From: Sphingobacteriia bacterium
GTDB taxonomy: Bacteria; Bacteroidota; Bacteroidia; UBA7662
DNA: 45,580 nt
Direction: 5' to 3'
NCBI GenBank assembly: GCA_009927485.1
Contig: RFMW01000154.1
Location: forward strand, 1-45,580
The notes below the pieces were generated by a model, which did not search any database, had not been told where the DNA came from, and was given only the letters and a program-made list of their open reading frames with translations. This document shows positions 18,219-28,655 of the stretch, piece by piece. Each line of letters starts with the position of its first letter. The stretch's first letter is position 1. A program made the position numbers and the translations under genes.

Positions 18219-20407
18219 ATGAAACCCCTATCGTCTCTCTTGTTTCGCTCCTTGATCGTTTTGACCACGGTATGGGGCATGGTCCCTCAAGCCCTTGCGG
18301 ACAAAGGCATGTGGTTACCCATCCAAATCGCCAAGATTGAGGACCGCATGAAGGAAGCCGGCTTCCAATTATCCGCGACGGACCTTTATCAAATTAACCA
18401 AGCCGCGGTGAAGGATGCCATCGTTCGATTGGGCGGGGGTTTTGTACCGCGGAAATAGTATCGGACCAGGGGCTGTTGCTAACCAACCATCACTGCGCTT
18501 ACGATTTGATTCAGAACCACAGCTCGGTGGAGAAAGACTACCTCACCAACGGATTTTGGGCGATGACACGTGCCGAAGAATTGCCAAACCCCGGCCTCAC
18601 GGCATCCACCTTGGTTCGGATGGAGGACATCACCAAGCGAATGAACGATTCCCTTCAGGGCGTGGCGGAAAACCAGCGATCTGCGGTCATCGCCAGGGTG
18701 GGTAAAATCATCACCGACGAAATCGCCAAAGAGAAAAAGGGCTACCAAGGGGATGTGCGGGCCATATTCTACGGCAACCAGTTCATCCTCTCCGTGTACA
18801 TGGTTTACAAGGATGTTCGCCTCGTCGGAGCGCCCCCCAGCAGCGTGGGTAAGTTTGGCGGGGATACCGACAATTGGATGTGGCCTCGTCATACCGGTGA
18901 TTTTTCGGTATTGCGCATATATACCGGACCGGATGGAGAAGCTGCGGAATACGATAGCCTCCGTAACATTCCCCTCAAACCCAATCGTTTTCTGGCCGTA
19001 TGCACCTCCGGTGTTCGTAACGGGGATTATACCATGATCATGGGATACCCCGGCACCACCAACCGTTACCTCAGCGCGGACAATTTGGATTTTAACCTGA
19101 ACACCCTCAACATGATGGTGGAAGACATGATTGGTGCCCGCATGCAGGCCTACAAAGAAGACATGGACAAAGACGACAAAATCCGCATTGCGCTCGCTTC
19201 TACCTACGCTTCCGGTATGAACACTTACAAGTACTACCAAGGCCAAACCCTGGGGCTGCGCAGGGATGGTCTGGGTGACAAAAAACGATCCTACGAGAAC
19301 GGTTTGCGCCAATGGATCGAATCGGATCCAGGCCGCAAGGCCGAATACGGCAAACCCCTCGAAAGCCTAAGCTCCATGCTTACTGCGTACCAGAACGATT
19401 ACCGGAAAATGATTTATTTCCGCCAGGCCTTGGGTAATCAAGCCTTTGTACGCCATTTCCGGATACTGACCGACTTGCAAAAGCAGCTGGAAGCCTCTCC
19501 CAAGGACAAAGCCAAGATCAGCGCAGAAGCGGATAAGGCAAGGGCCAGCATGAAGGAAAATATGGCGGAATACTTTGCATCCACCGAACAGAAAGCCTTT
19601 GCCCGAATGCTTCGCACCTATCTCCAGCGAATTTCTGCCCAAGATCGCCCTCCCTTCCTCACCAAATTGATGGACGAAACCGACGGAGATGAGGAGAAAG
19701 ACAAGGCCAAAACCATCGCCAAAAATGTTTTCCAAAATTCATTGTTGGCAAATCCAACCTTGTTGGAAAAGTTTCTGGAGAAACCCTCCCTCAAGGTTTG
19801 GAAAAAAGACCCCGGAGTCATCCTGGCTATGGCGGTTTCGGACTATTCCAACAATGTCCTCATGCCCATGGACCGCAAAGCCCAAGGGGAACAAGCCCCG
19901 GTCCGTCGTAAGCTTATGGCTGCCATGCTGGCTTACCAAAGCAACGAAATATTTGCACCGGATGCCAATTCAACATTGCGCATGACCTATGGTAACATCA
20001 AGCCCTATACGCCCCGAGATGCTGTGGATTATACCTGGTACACCACCCATCGCGGTATCCTCCAGAAAGAAGATCCCAAAAGCGAAGAATTCATGGTTCC
20101 GGGCAAACTCAAAGAGGATTTGGAGCAAGGGAATTTTGTGCCCTACGGTAGGGACGGTGAACTTGTGACCTGTTTCATCTCCAACAACGATATTACCGGA
20201 GGTAACAGCGGTAGCCCTGTGATGAATGCGCGTGCAGAATTGGTGGGCATTGCTTTCGACGGCAATTGGGAATCCATGACCGGTGATTTGATGTTCAATC
20301 CGGCCATGCAACGCACCATCAGTGTGGACATCCGCTATGTACTCTACATCATCGATCGTTTCGCTGGTGCAGGACACCTGGTCCGAGAAATGAAGCTGGT
20401 ACCTTAA
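18219..20407 (+). pseudogene. S46 family dipeptidyl peptidase (DPP7/DPP11-like), split by a single-base frameshift near 18443
   Basis: The first frame encodes a signal peptide plus ADKGMWLP...KDAIVRLGGGF. The -1 frame continues CTAEIVSDQGLLLTNHHC...DNWMWPRHTGDF...DITGGNSGSP...FDGNWE. One extra T in ggt-tttt restores an intact gene, so this may be an assembly error. Confidence 0.85.
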
Positions 20408-20419
20408 CCTGCAGGCCGC

Positions 20420-20489
20420 TCCCCTTCCGGGGACGCAGTCCCCTTCTTGGGATCACTCCCTTGCTTGGGACTCGTTCCTTTGCTAGGGA
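20420..20489. repeat. Array of four degenerate 14-bp palindromic units with 18-19 bp period
   Basis: tccccttccgggga (20420), tccccttcttggga (20439), tcccttgcttggga (20457) and tcctttgctaggga (20476). Confidence 0.75.
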
Positions 20490-20500
20490 ATGGAGGACAA

Positions 20501-21235
20501 CTAACGCATGTCCACAACTTCCACCCCCGGATAAGCTTTGGGGTTGAAGGCGAACAGGTCCTCTTTCAAAACAGGGTTGGCCTTGAATGCGGTGATGGAA
20601 TAAGCGTATTGTACCCCTGATTTATCGAAGACGATGGCTTTCTGTATCTGACGAGAGCTTTTGTGGACGGTTAATCGGACTTTGAAATAAGAAACTGATT
20701 TGTTTTGAGGAATCAAATCGATCTGAGCAATTCCGTCACGGTCTCCACCGGTTTCGGAGTCCATAAAGGAATCAAAACCTTTTTCGTAAAGCGTGAACAA
20801 GTTATCCGGGGTAATCTGGTCCGGGGTCGGCTCGTACAGACTGATGCTCACTTCGTTCATTTCTTTGAGATAGGTCCACGAAATTTTACCATCGCTGATA
20901 AGCAGCTGCTCGCCCATATCAATTCTGAATTTTCGCCCTCTCAGGAAGAGTTTGCCTTTGCGCTTTTCTTTCTTTTGGCCTGCACCTCCCTCCATTTCCA
21001 GAGCAACTTGGGCTTCCATCGATTTCATGGAACGGTAATGCTTGCTCATTTCTTTCAAGAGCGCCTTGGAGCGCGCATCCCCGGAACCCGCTTGAACCTT
21101 GGTTTTACGCCCTGCTTTAGCAGCCTTCTCGGATTTATTGGATTTTCGAGCCTGTTGAACAGTTCCCGCGGTTCCCGGTTCTGGAACGGCATGAAGCATG
21201 AGTGCAACGGTTGTTAGAAGGAAGATACATCGCAT
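20501..21235 (-). CDS. lolA: Outer membrane lipoprotein carrier protein LolA
   Basis: DGKISWTY....NEV.I, TP..LFT.Y..GF and F.FN...YPGVEVVDMR; downstream of ftsK as usual in Bacteroidota. Confidence 0.88.
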   Translation of the reverse strand: MRCIFLLTTVALMLHAVPEPGTAGTVQQARKSNKSEKAAKAGRKTKVQAGSGDARSKALLKEMSKHYRSMKSMEAQVALEMEGGAGQKKEKRKGKLFLRGRKFRIDMGEQLLISDGKISWTYLKEMNEVSISLYEPTPDQITPDNLFTLYEKGFDSFMDSETGGDRDGIAQIDLIPQNKSVSYFKVRLTVHKSSRQIQKAIVFDKSGVQYAYSITAFKANPVLKEDLFAFNPKAYPGVEVVDMR

Positions 21236-21308
21236 AAGTAGGGAAAATATACAAAACAGAGGTAAATACTTACCGTGAGGCTATTGGTATTGTGCAGAAA
21301 ACGCGAAA

Positions 21309-23867
21309 TTACATCTCCTTAAGCTGCCTGAGCCGATCTTCCAGGTGATGCAGGTCGGTGTAGAGGACCTCGCGAGGCTTGGAGCCCTCGAAACGCCCGA
21401 CTATTCCTGCCGCCTCAAGCTGATCGATTAACCTACCGGCCCTTGCGTACCCAATGGTCATGCGGCGTTGAAGCAACGATGTCGACCCTTGTTGGTATTG
21501 GACCACCATTCTTGCGGCCTCGTCGAACAAAGCGTCTCTGGTGGTCGAATCACCATCGCCCGCTGTACCCTTCTCGGATTCAGGATCCTTGACTTCCGGA
21601 AGTTGAAAGGCTGTTGGATAACCGTTTTGATCTCCGATAAAATCGCAAACAGCCTCCACCTCCGGGGTATCAACGAAGGCGCATTGCAGGCGAATCACAT
21701 TGGAGGAAAGCGAAAGCAACATATCTCCACGACCCACCAATTGTTCGGCGCCTCCGGTGTCCAGAATGGTACGGCTGTCAATTTTGGAGCTGACTTTGAA
21801 GGCGATCCTTGCAGGGAAATTTGCTTTGATGGTTCCGGTAATAATATTGACCGAGGGCCTTTGGGTTGCCACAATTAAATGGATCCCTACAGCCCTCGCT
21901 AATTGGGCCAATCGCGTGATTGGGAATTCGATTTCCTTCCCGGCCGTCATGATTAAATCCGCAAATTCATCTATAACAACGACGATATAAGGAAGATAAC
22001 GATGCCCTGCGCTGGGGGATAGTCGTCGTTTACGGAATTTGGCATTGTATTCTACCAAGTTGCGCACCTGGGCATCCTTGAGCAAATCGTAGCGCATATC
22101 CATTTCCACACCCAGGGCATTCATGGTCTGCACCACCTGTCGGGTATCGGTCACGATGGCGTCTTCACTCTCGGGAAGGCAAGCCAGGAAATGTTTCTCG
22201 ATTCGTCGAAACAACGAAAGTTCCACCTTCTTGGGATCGACCAAAACCAGTTTTAGTTCACTCGGGTGCTTCTTGTAAAGCAGCGATACCAAGATCGAGT
22301 TAATGCCCACGGATTTGCCTTGCCCGGTAGCACCGGCCATCAGCAAATGAGGCATTTTGGTCAAATCCGCAACATAAATTTCATTCGAAATGGTCTTGCC
22401 CAAGGCAATGGGCAATTCCATATCCGCCGTTACAAAACGATCCGAAGCAAGCATGCCCCTCATCCCCACCAATTCCTTGTTCTGATTTGGCACTTCGATT
22501 CCGACCGTTCCTTTGCCGGGCATGGGGGCAATGATCCGAATACCCAAGGCCGCCAAACTTAGGGCTATATCGTCTTCCAGATTTTTGATCCGGGATATAC
22601 GAACCCCTGCCGCGGGGATGACCTCATAAAGGGTCACGGTTGGGCCCACGGTGGCCTTGATTTTGTCAATTTCGATGCCGTACTGTTTGAGCGTGACCAC
22701 AATCTGGTCTTTGTTGGCCTCCAGTTCCGTCGGATTAATTTGAAATTTACCTTGGGCATGTTCCGCCAACAAATCCAAGGTGGGGTAACGGTAACCCGAC
22801 AAATCAAGTTTGTGGTCATAAAGCTCACTCTCGCTCAAGGCGACCGTATGGGCGTCTGCAAGGACCTCTTCCTGGTCCGGCAACGCGACCTCCATATCCC
22901 CGATTTTGCCGGTCTTGACCCAATCGGCATCGCTTTCCTCCGTCAACACCGGTCCTGTATCCCCTTGTTCCAACGGCATCTCCAACGAATCCACCTCCAT
23001 GGGGGGATCGACTTCGGCTTCCAGCACCTCTGGGAAATGATCAAGCTCATGCGCTTCGACCTGCTCGGTTAGTTCTTCTAAAGCTGGCTGTTCTTCTGAA
23101 TTCTGTAATTCTTCTGAATTCAGTAGTTCTTCGGAAATGGAGGGAACGGTCAAATCGGGGGGAGGTGTAGCCTTCTTCCATTCGGGCCATTGAAGGCGTT
23201 TCTCCGATCGAATAAGGTACCAGGCAAACCAATACCCGGCCAAGGTCAAACCTGCGCCGATCTTTCCGACGAATCCACAAATCCAATCCGCAACAAAATT
23301 CCCAAAGGCACCACCCCAAGGAAAAGCCTGTGGCCAAACTACATGCAAGAAAAAGGAAAATGTTACCGAAAGTGCTGAGGCCATCCACAAGGCCTCTACA
23401 CCTCTCGAAAGTAAATTAACTTTGAATTCGGTGAACAAACATTTGAGACCCAGAAGCAAAACCCAAAACCACAACAACAAAACACTCACCCCCCAACCTC
23501 GGTACACGGTCCAATGCCCCAAAAAAGCACCGAATCTGCCCAACCAATTCGCTGCCTCTTGGTCGTTTTGGAACAGATGAAGCCAGGACCGATCATGAAA
23601 TAAACTCTGGTCTTCCTTCCAGGTCATTGCATAGGATCCCAGGCCCAAAATCCATGCCGCAGCGATCACCAGGACCAAGGTGCCGGTACCGGTCAGCAAC
23701 GTGGGGTTTTTCCAAAAATGCCAATTTTCTGCGTTCAACTGCGCGGCTTTTCCCTTCCCTGACCGAGGGCCTGAGGGTTTTTGGGGGGCTGAACCGGATG
23801 AGCCGGTGTCAGATTTTACCGATTTTTGACCAGAAGGGGGAGTAGATCGTAGGATATTGGGAGGCAC
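21309..23867 (-). CDS. ftsK: DNA translocase FtsK
   Basis: N-terminal TM domain (NWLGRFGA), Walker A AGATGQGKS, IDEFADL, ATQRPS and gamma domain GSTSLLQRR..IGYARAGR. The start is uncertain: TTG 23873 lies inside a -7 box, so GTG 23867 is preferred. Confidence 0.96.
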   Translation of the reverse strand: MPPNILRSTPPSGQKSVKSDTGSSGSAPQKPSGPRSGKGKAAQLNAENWHFWKNPTLLTGTGTLVLVIAAAWILGLGSYAMTWKEDQSLFHDRSWLHLFQNDQEAANWLGRFGAFLGHWTVYRGWGVSVLLLWFWVLLLGLKCLFTEFKVNLLSRGVEALWMASALSVTFSFFLHVVWPQAFPWGGAFGNFVADWICGFVGKIGAGLTLAGYWFAWYLIRSEKRLQWPEWKKATPPPDLTVPSISEELLNSEELQNSEEQPALEELTEQVEAHELDHFPEVLEAEVDPPMEVDSLEMPLEQGDTGPVLTEESDADWVKTGKIGDMEVALPDQEEVLADAHTVALSESELYDHKLDLSGYRYPTLDLLAEHAQGKFQINPTELEANKDQIVVTLKQYGIEIDKIKATVGPTVTLYEVIPAAGVRISRIKNLEDDIALSLAALGIRIIAPMPGKGTVGIEVPNQNKELVGMRGMLASDRFVTADMELPIALGKTISNEIYVADLTKMPHLLMAGATGQGKSVGINSILVSLLYKKHPSELKLVLVDPKKVELSLFRRIEKHFLACLPESEDAIVTDTRQVVQTMNALGVEMDMRYDLLKDAQVRNLVEYNAKFRKRRLSPSAGHRYLPYIVVVIDEFADLIMTAGKEIEFPITRLAQLARAVGIHLIVATQRPSVNIITGTIKANFPARIAFKVSSKIDSRTILDTGGAEQLVGRGDMLLSLSSNVIRLQCAFVDTPEVEAVCDFIGDQNGYPTAFQLPEVKDPESEKGTAGDGDSTTRDALFDEAARMVVQYQQGSTSLLQRRMTIGYARAGRLIDQLEAAGIVGRFEGSKPREVLYTDLHHLEDRLRQLKEM
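23073..23138. repeat. Degenerate 18-bp in-frame tandem repeat in the FtsK linker (SEELLN/SEELQN/SEEQPA/LEE)
   Basis: ttcttct/g units at 23073, 23091, 23109 and 23127. Confidence 0.7.
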
Positions 23868-23870
23868 CCC

Positions 23871-23878
23871 CAAAAATA
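23871..23878 (-). promoter_or_regulatory. -7 promoter box for ftsK
   Basis: TATTTTTG on the minus strand, 3 nt upstream of in-frame GTG 23867. Confidence 0.55.
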
Positions 23879-23887
23879 AGCCGAGAA

Positions 23888-24907
23888 TTAACGGTACAAT
23901 ACCTGCAACAAGGTCTGACCGACCGCTTGAAGGGTACGCTTCGAGACAACATCCACCTTGTCAGCCCGGGTATGCCAATGGGGTGGAAATCCCGTAGGGC
24001 CCTCTGAGCGTAAATCAATGATGTCCACCATGGGAATGCCCGCAATGGTGTTGACATAATAATGGTCGTCCGTCACCGGCTGGCAAGGCACGGGAACAAA
24101 TAAGTCTCCGTACCCAAGGGCTTGGGCTTGCTGCCATATTTGTCGGGTCCAATCCGGGGCAAATTGCAGAGAATGCCCCTCCCAGCAAAACCGCGCATCC
24201 ACCGCCCCCACCATATCCAACAAAATCCCTTTGGAGGCCCTGTAGCCCGAAACATGAGGGCGCTTGGACCAATACTGAGCCCCTATGCCATACGAGTCCC
24301 TTACCTCCGATACTCCGTAATCCTCCAAATCAAAAAAGACCAAGTCTATCCCCATATCCTCGGGCAATGAATCCAGATGCCTGCTCAGTTCCAACAAAAC
24401 CGCCACCCCCGAAGCGCCATCGTTCGCGCCATCAAAGGTTGATTTGGGGGCCGCAGGATCCATATCGGCCATGGGGCGCGTATCCCAATGGGCCGCAAGG
24501 ACGATACGTCTTTCGGCCAAAGGATGCAGAGAGGCAATCAGATTACGGAGCTCAAAAGTCTTCCCATCGTGCATGGTCAGGCGATCCTTCTGCTCGGTGA
24601 CTTGAAGGCCGCGCGATTTTAATTTTTGAACCAACCAATCCCCACAAGCTTGATGAGCCTTGGTGCCCGGAATGCGGGGGCCAAAGGCGACCTGCCTCTC
24701 CACCCAAGCCATGGCCGAATCCCCCTGAAACTCAGGAACCGAAACCAAAGAAGTTTCGTCCGAAGGCGACGGTGATTCCGACTCGTTGGCCTTCTCCTCC
24801 CAACGGCAGCTCTGCAAGAGGGCAATGCCCACGAGAACAAATGCCAAGAGTACTCCATTCGCTGCTCTTCCGAAAAATGCTACAGGCTTCAAAACGAAAA
24901 TCTTCAT
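23888..24907 (-). CDS. M28 family peptidase / glutaminyl cyclase-like lipoprotein
   Basis: Lipobox LQSC; FGPR.PG, AHWDTRP, GANDGASGV, FDLEDYG, LDMVG, DDH and WHT motifs; adjacent to cysS. Confidence 0.9.
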   Translation of the reverse strand: MKIFVLKPVAFFGRAANGVLLAFVLVGIALLQSCRWEEKANESESPSPSDETSLVSVPEFQGDSAMAWVERQVAFGPRIPGTKAHQACGDWLVQKLKSRGLQVTEQKDRLTMHDGKTFELRNLIASLHPLAERRIVLAAHWDTRPMADMDPAAPKSTFDGANDGASGVAVLLELSRHLDSLPEDMGIDLVFFDLEDYGVSEVRDSYGIGAQYWSKRPHVSGYRASKGILLDMVGAVDARFCWEGHSLQFAPDWTRQIWQQAQALGYGDLFVPVPCQPVTDDHYYVNTIAGIPMVDIIDLRSEGPTGFPPHWHTRADKVDVVSKRTLQAVGQTLLQVLYR

Positions 24908-24943
24908 GAATCGAGTTAATACGATGTTACCCTTCGGCCGCCA

Positions 24944-26512
24944 TCAACCCAAGGACCAGCGACTGCCTTCCTTGTCGTCCATCACCTTGATTCCGGCTTC
25001 GTTAAGCGCGTTCCGAATCAAATCGCTTTGAGCCCAATTCTTGGAATCTTTGGCTTGTTGCCTCAAATCCAAGATCAATTTCATGGCGCCTTCCAAAGCA
25101 GGACTTAAAGAAGCCTCTTTACCGGAATCCGACAAATTGAAGCCAAGAATATCGGTCATGTATACCTTGATCTTTCCGACGAGATCCGTCCAATTGGCTG
25201 CAGTCACTGTAATCTTCCCTGATTTCACGGACTGAAATTCATTCAACAATTCATACCCCAAGGCAATCAAGATGGGGGTGTTCAGGTCGTCGTTCAAAGC
25301 AGCCTGCGCTTTGGCTTCAAAGATGGGAGCACTCAGAATGCTGCCTGAGTTAACGGCAGGCTCCTGACCTGCCATGGATGGAGCTGGCTTATAGGCAATT
25401 AACTCTTGAAGGCCTTGGATCCAGCGCTTGTAACCTTTGGCGGAAGCAGCAAGAGCCCCATCACTGAAATCCAAGGTGCTGCGGTACTGGGCTTGAAGGA
25501 TAAAGAAGCGAATGCTCATGGGATCATACGCCTGGCTGAGCAAAGGATGGGTTCCTTCAAACAAATCATCCAAATTGATAAAGTTCCCTAACGACTTGCC
25601 CATCTTCTGACCGTTGATGGTCACCATGTTGTTATGCATCCAGTATCGGCAAGGGGCGCAGTCGTGGCAAGCGGTCGTTTGAGCCATTTCACTTTCGTGA
25701 TGCGGAAAAAGCAAGTCCATGCCCCCTCCATGAATATCAAAAGGCGCATCCAAATACTTGACCCCCATGGCCGAACATTCAATATGCCATCCCGGGAATC
25801 CCAGCCCCCAAGGGGAATTCCAACGCATGATGTGTTGGGGTTCCGCATTTTTCCACAAGGCAAAGTCTTCGGGCTTACGTTTCTCGGACTGCCCCGCCAA
25901 GGCCCTGCGTTCGTTCCCTGCTCCGGCAACCAATTCATCCACTACCCTCCCCGACAGGTCACCGTAGGGATACTTAGCGCGGTAGGCTTCCAGATCAAAG
26001 TAAACAGAGCCGTTGGACTCGTATGCAAAACCTTTACGAATGAGCACCTCGATCATTTCGATTTGCTCCGGGATATGCCCTGAGGCCCTGGGTTCTATCG
26101 AAGGCGGCTGATTGCCCAACAAATCCATGGCTTTGTGAAAGGCGAGGGTATAGCGTTGAACCAATTCCATGGGCTCCAACTTCTCCAACCTGGCTCTACG
26201 GGCAATTTTGTCTTCTCCTTCATCGGCATCGTCCACCAAATGCCCAACATCGGTGATGTTACGGACATAACGAACCTGGTACCCCAAATGCCTCAGGTAT
26301 CTGCTCAACACATCAAAGGTCACATAAGGCCGCGCGTGCCCCAAATGAGGTGGGCCGTAAACGGTTGGGCCGCAAACATACATCCCTACATGCGGAGCAT
26401 TCAAGGCCACAAAGGGCTCTTTGGTTCTGCTCAGGGTATTGTAGAGATGCAAAGCCCCCTTGTCCGGGGCCATTCCCTTGGCTAATGTTTCAGAAGGTGT
26501 CGATGGATTCAT
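24944..26512 (-). CDS. cysS: Cysteine--tRNA ligase
   Basis: YVCGPTVY, HLGH, DFALWK, GFPGWHIECSAM, FPHHE and KMGKSLGN. Confidence 0.98.
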   Translation of the reverse strand: MNPSTPSETLAKGMAPDKGALHLYNTLSRTKEPFVALNAPHVGMYVCGPTVYGPPHLGHARPYVTFDVLSRYLRHLGYQVRYVRNITDVGHLVDDADEGEDKIARRARLEKLEPMELVQRYTLAFHKAMDLLGNQPPSIEPRASGHIPEQIEMIEVLIRKGFAYESNGSVYFDLEAYRAKYPYGDLSGRVVDELVAGAGNERRALAGQSEKRKPEDFALWKNAEPQHIMRWNSPWGLGFPGWHIECSAMGVKYLDAPFDIHGGGMDLLFPHHESEMAQTTACHDCAPCRYWMHNNMVTINGQKMGKSLGNFINLDDLFEGTHPLLSQAYDPMSIRFFILQAQYRSTLDFSDGALAASAKGYKRWIQGLQELIAYKPAPSMAGQEPAVNSGSILSAPIFEAKAQAALNDDLNTPILIALGYELLNEFQSVKSGKITVTAANWTDLVGKIKVYMTDILGFNLSDSGKEASLSPALEGAMKLILDLRQQAKDSKNWAQSDLIRNALNEAGIKVMDDKEGSRWSLG

Positions 26513-26528
26513 GGTTGGTCAACGAAGG

Positions 26529-26536
26529 CAAAAATA
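26529..26536 (-). promoter_or_regulatory. -7 promoter box for cysS
   Basis: TATTTTTG on the minus strand, 16 nt upstream of ATG 26512. Confidence 0.55.
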
Positions 26537-26541
26537 GCCAT

Positions 26542-27813
26542 TTATCGACCCAGCACCGCCACAACCGGATAGTGATCGGAGTAACGAAGCCGAACAACCT
26601 CATGCGATAGCACATGGAATCGTGGGTCTACCATCACATGGTCTATTCGAAAACTCGGAAATGTCCGGGCATAGGTGTTGCCCATGCCTTGGCCCTTGCT
26701 CTCAAAAGTATCCTTCAACTTATGCTTTATGCGATTAACCGCAAAAGAATAGGGCAAATCATTAAAGTCCCCGGTGACCAACAAAGGATAAGGAGATTCA
26801 TCCATGAATACCCTGATCTGATCCGCTTGTTCGGCGCGGAGTCTGGCACTGTAGGCGATTTTACGCAGTATGCCTTTGATGGTCCTTTGGGAACTATCGC
26901 TCTTCAATTCCAAGGCCTGAACGGGGCCTAGTTCAGGAGGAGAAATTTGATTGGAAGCCAGATGCAGATTCACCCAACGGAGGGTATCCTTGGCCATGAG
27001 CATATCAGCCCACATCATCCCCCCGTTATGACTGGGTTCACCAAGATTCTGATACCCGTGATCCAACACAGGCCATCGGGTCAGCATCACCATGCCACTT
27101 ACCCACGTCAGCCTTTCATTCGATGTACCATCATCACTTCCCTTCCCTTGATGACGGTAAAGTTGGGAATGAAATGGTTTCGAAGCATCCAAGAAAATTC
27201 GAAAAGATTGCCGCTTCGCATCTTGACCCAGCAACGTATAGCCCTGCAATCCAGGGTGAAGCCTTAAACTTTTTAATACATCCGACTTGCTGGGCTCCCA
27301 ACTGACAAAATCCTGCAATCCAACCAAATCCGGTTGTACCGCGTCCAACAGTTTGATTAGAAAATCCCTGGAAGAAGAAATGGGCTTGGGCGTTACTGAG
27401 GAAGGGTCCTGAAGCTTGAAGGTACCCACATTGTAGGAAATTACTTTCCAGTTTCGCTTTGAATCATAAGGTGCCTTTTGAAAATCACCTTGAACCAAAG
27501 CGTGCGTAAAAGGCTCCGCATTAGAAGGCCATGGCCATTGCCACCACATGGAGTGCACCTTCCAACCAAGGGCAATAATCACCACCGATATCCAGAATCG
27601 AGCATTTACGCGAATCATCCATAACACTGAGCAAATTATAAGTCCTGCCAGCAAGGGAACATACAAGAAGCCCACCAAGGCCAATGGAGCCAGCCACCGC
27701 GGATCCAGCCATGGGATCGCATAAACTGCCAGCATCCCCATCGCAAGCAAGAGATTTATTCCTGTGAGGGTTGCCCGCAGGCCTCTCCAAAGAAAATCAA
27801 AACGGGATTTCAT
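26542..27813 (-). CDS. Endonuclease/exonuclease/phosphatase family membrane protein
   Basis: N-terminal TM helices; SYNV, NLHLAS, GDFND, RIDHV and SDHYP motifs. Confidence 0.92.
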   Translation of the reverse strand: MKSRFDFLWRGLRATLTGINLLLAMGMLAVYAIPWLDPRWLAPLALVGFLYVPLLAGLIICSVLWMIRVNARFWISVVIIALGWKVHSMWWQWPWPSNAEPFTHALVQGDFQKAPYDSKRNWKVISYNVGTFKLQDPSSVTPKPISSSRDFLIKLLDAVQPDLVGLQDFVSWEPSKSDVLKSLRLHPGLQGYTLLGQDAKRQSFRIFLDASKPFHSQLYRHQGKGSDDGTSNERLTWVSGMVMLTRWPVLDHGYQNLGEPSHNGGMMWADMLMAKDTLRWVNLHLASNQISPPELGPVQALELKSDSSQRTIKGILRKIAYSARLRAEQADQIRVFMDESPYPLLVTGDFNDLPYSFAVNRIKHKLKDTFESKGQGMGNTYARTFPSFRIDHVMVDPRFHVLSHEVVRLRYSDHYPVVAVLGR

Positions 27814-28640
27814 GAACGATGATGTTGATCAAGCCATTGCTTCTCGCTGGCTTTCAAGGAAGAAAATCCGCTTTTGGAGATTTTATCCAACAAGCGATCG
27901 GTTTCAGATTGGATGGAGTGGGGGTCCTTGGTGTGTTGTCTCTTGGAGGTAGTGGCGGAGCCTAAACCCCATGGAGGAAAACGCAATGCTCCCTGCAAAT
28001 GGCGCAAATAACCAATACCCCACAAAGCACCGCCAAGATGAGCCCAATGTCCGCCTGAATTGGCCGAAAACAAACCCACTCCATCGTACAACAACATCGC
28101 AATCCCCAACCAACGCAAGCGAATTGGCAAGATCCCAAACAGTCTCACCTCAAAGTCAGGAGCCAACAAAACCGAAGCCCAGAAAAAAGCCATCACCGCA
28201 GCAGATGCCCCAATCAAAGGAGGTACGGCCGCGTATTGTTCAAGGCCCCAGCCGTTCCATAAACCAAACAAACCTGTTCCCAACCAGAACAACAAGGCCC
28301 CCGCCAAAGCACCCCCACCGTAGAACTGCAAAATCACCCTTGGCCCCAGAAAACTCACTAAAAAATGCGCTGCCCAATATAGCAAAAGCATGTTCCACAA
28401 CAAATGCCAGAAACCTTGATGGGTCAGCGCATAGGTCAACAAGGTCCACGGTTTCCAAAGACTCTCAAGGGGGTTGGGCGGCAACGCCAGCGAGTTCAGG
28501 ATGGAGGCCCTAAATCCAAACCAAGAAGAACCCCACAACAAAACAAATACCAACCCGTTGAGGACCAGCATATGCTCAATGCGACCCCATCGATTCCATT
28601 GGTCGCGTACATCAATCATCAGCTTGGATGCTTGGTTCAT
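27810..28640 (-). CDS. Rhomboid family intramembrane serine protease with DUF6576-like tail
   Basis: H..FWHLLWNM, GASAA and AHLGG; C-terminal DRLLDKISKSGFSSL..SEK. Confidence 0.92.
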   Translation of the reverse strand: MNQASKLMIDVRDQWNRWGRIEHMLVLNGLVFVLLWGSSWFGFRASILNSLALPPNPLESLWKPWTLLTYALTHQGFWHLLWNMLLLYWAAHFLVSFLGPRVILQFYGGGALAGALLFWLGTGLFGLWNGWGLEQYAAVPPLIGASAAVMAFFWASVLLAPDFEVRLFGILPIRLRWLGIAMLLYDGVGLFSANSGGHWAHLGGALWGIGYLRHLQGALRFPPWGLGSATTSKRQHTKDPHSIQSETDRLLDKISKSGFSSLKASEKQWLDQHHRS

Positions 28641-28655
28641 CGCGGCAGGAGGCGT

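Noticed and set aside
20420-20489. CRISPR array interpretation of the palindromic units
   Set aside because: The units are 14 bp with 4-5 bp gaps and are not identical, and there are no cas genes.
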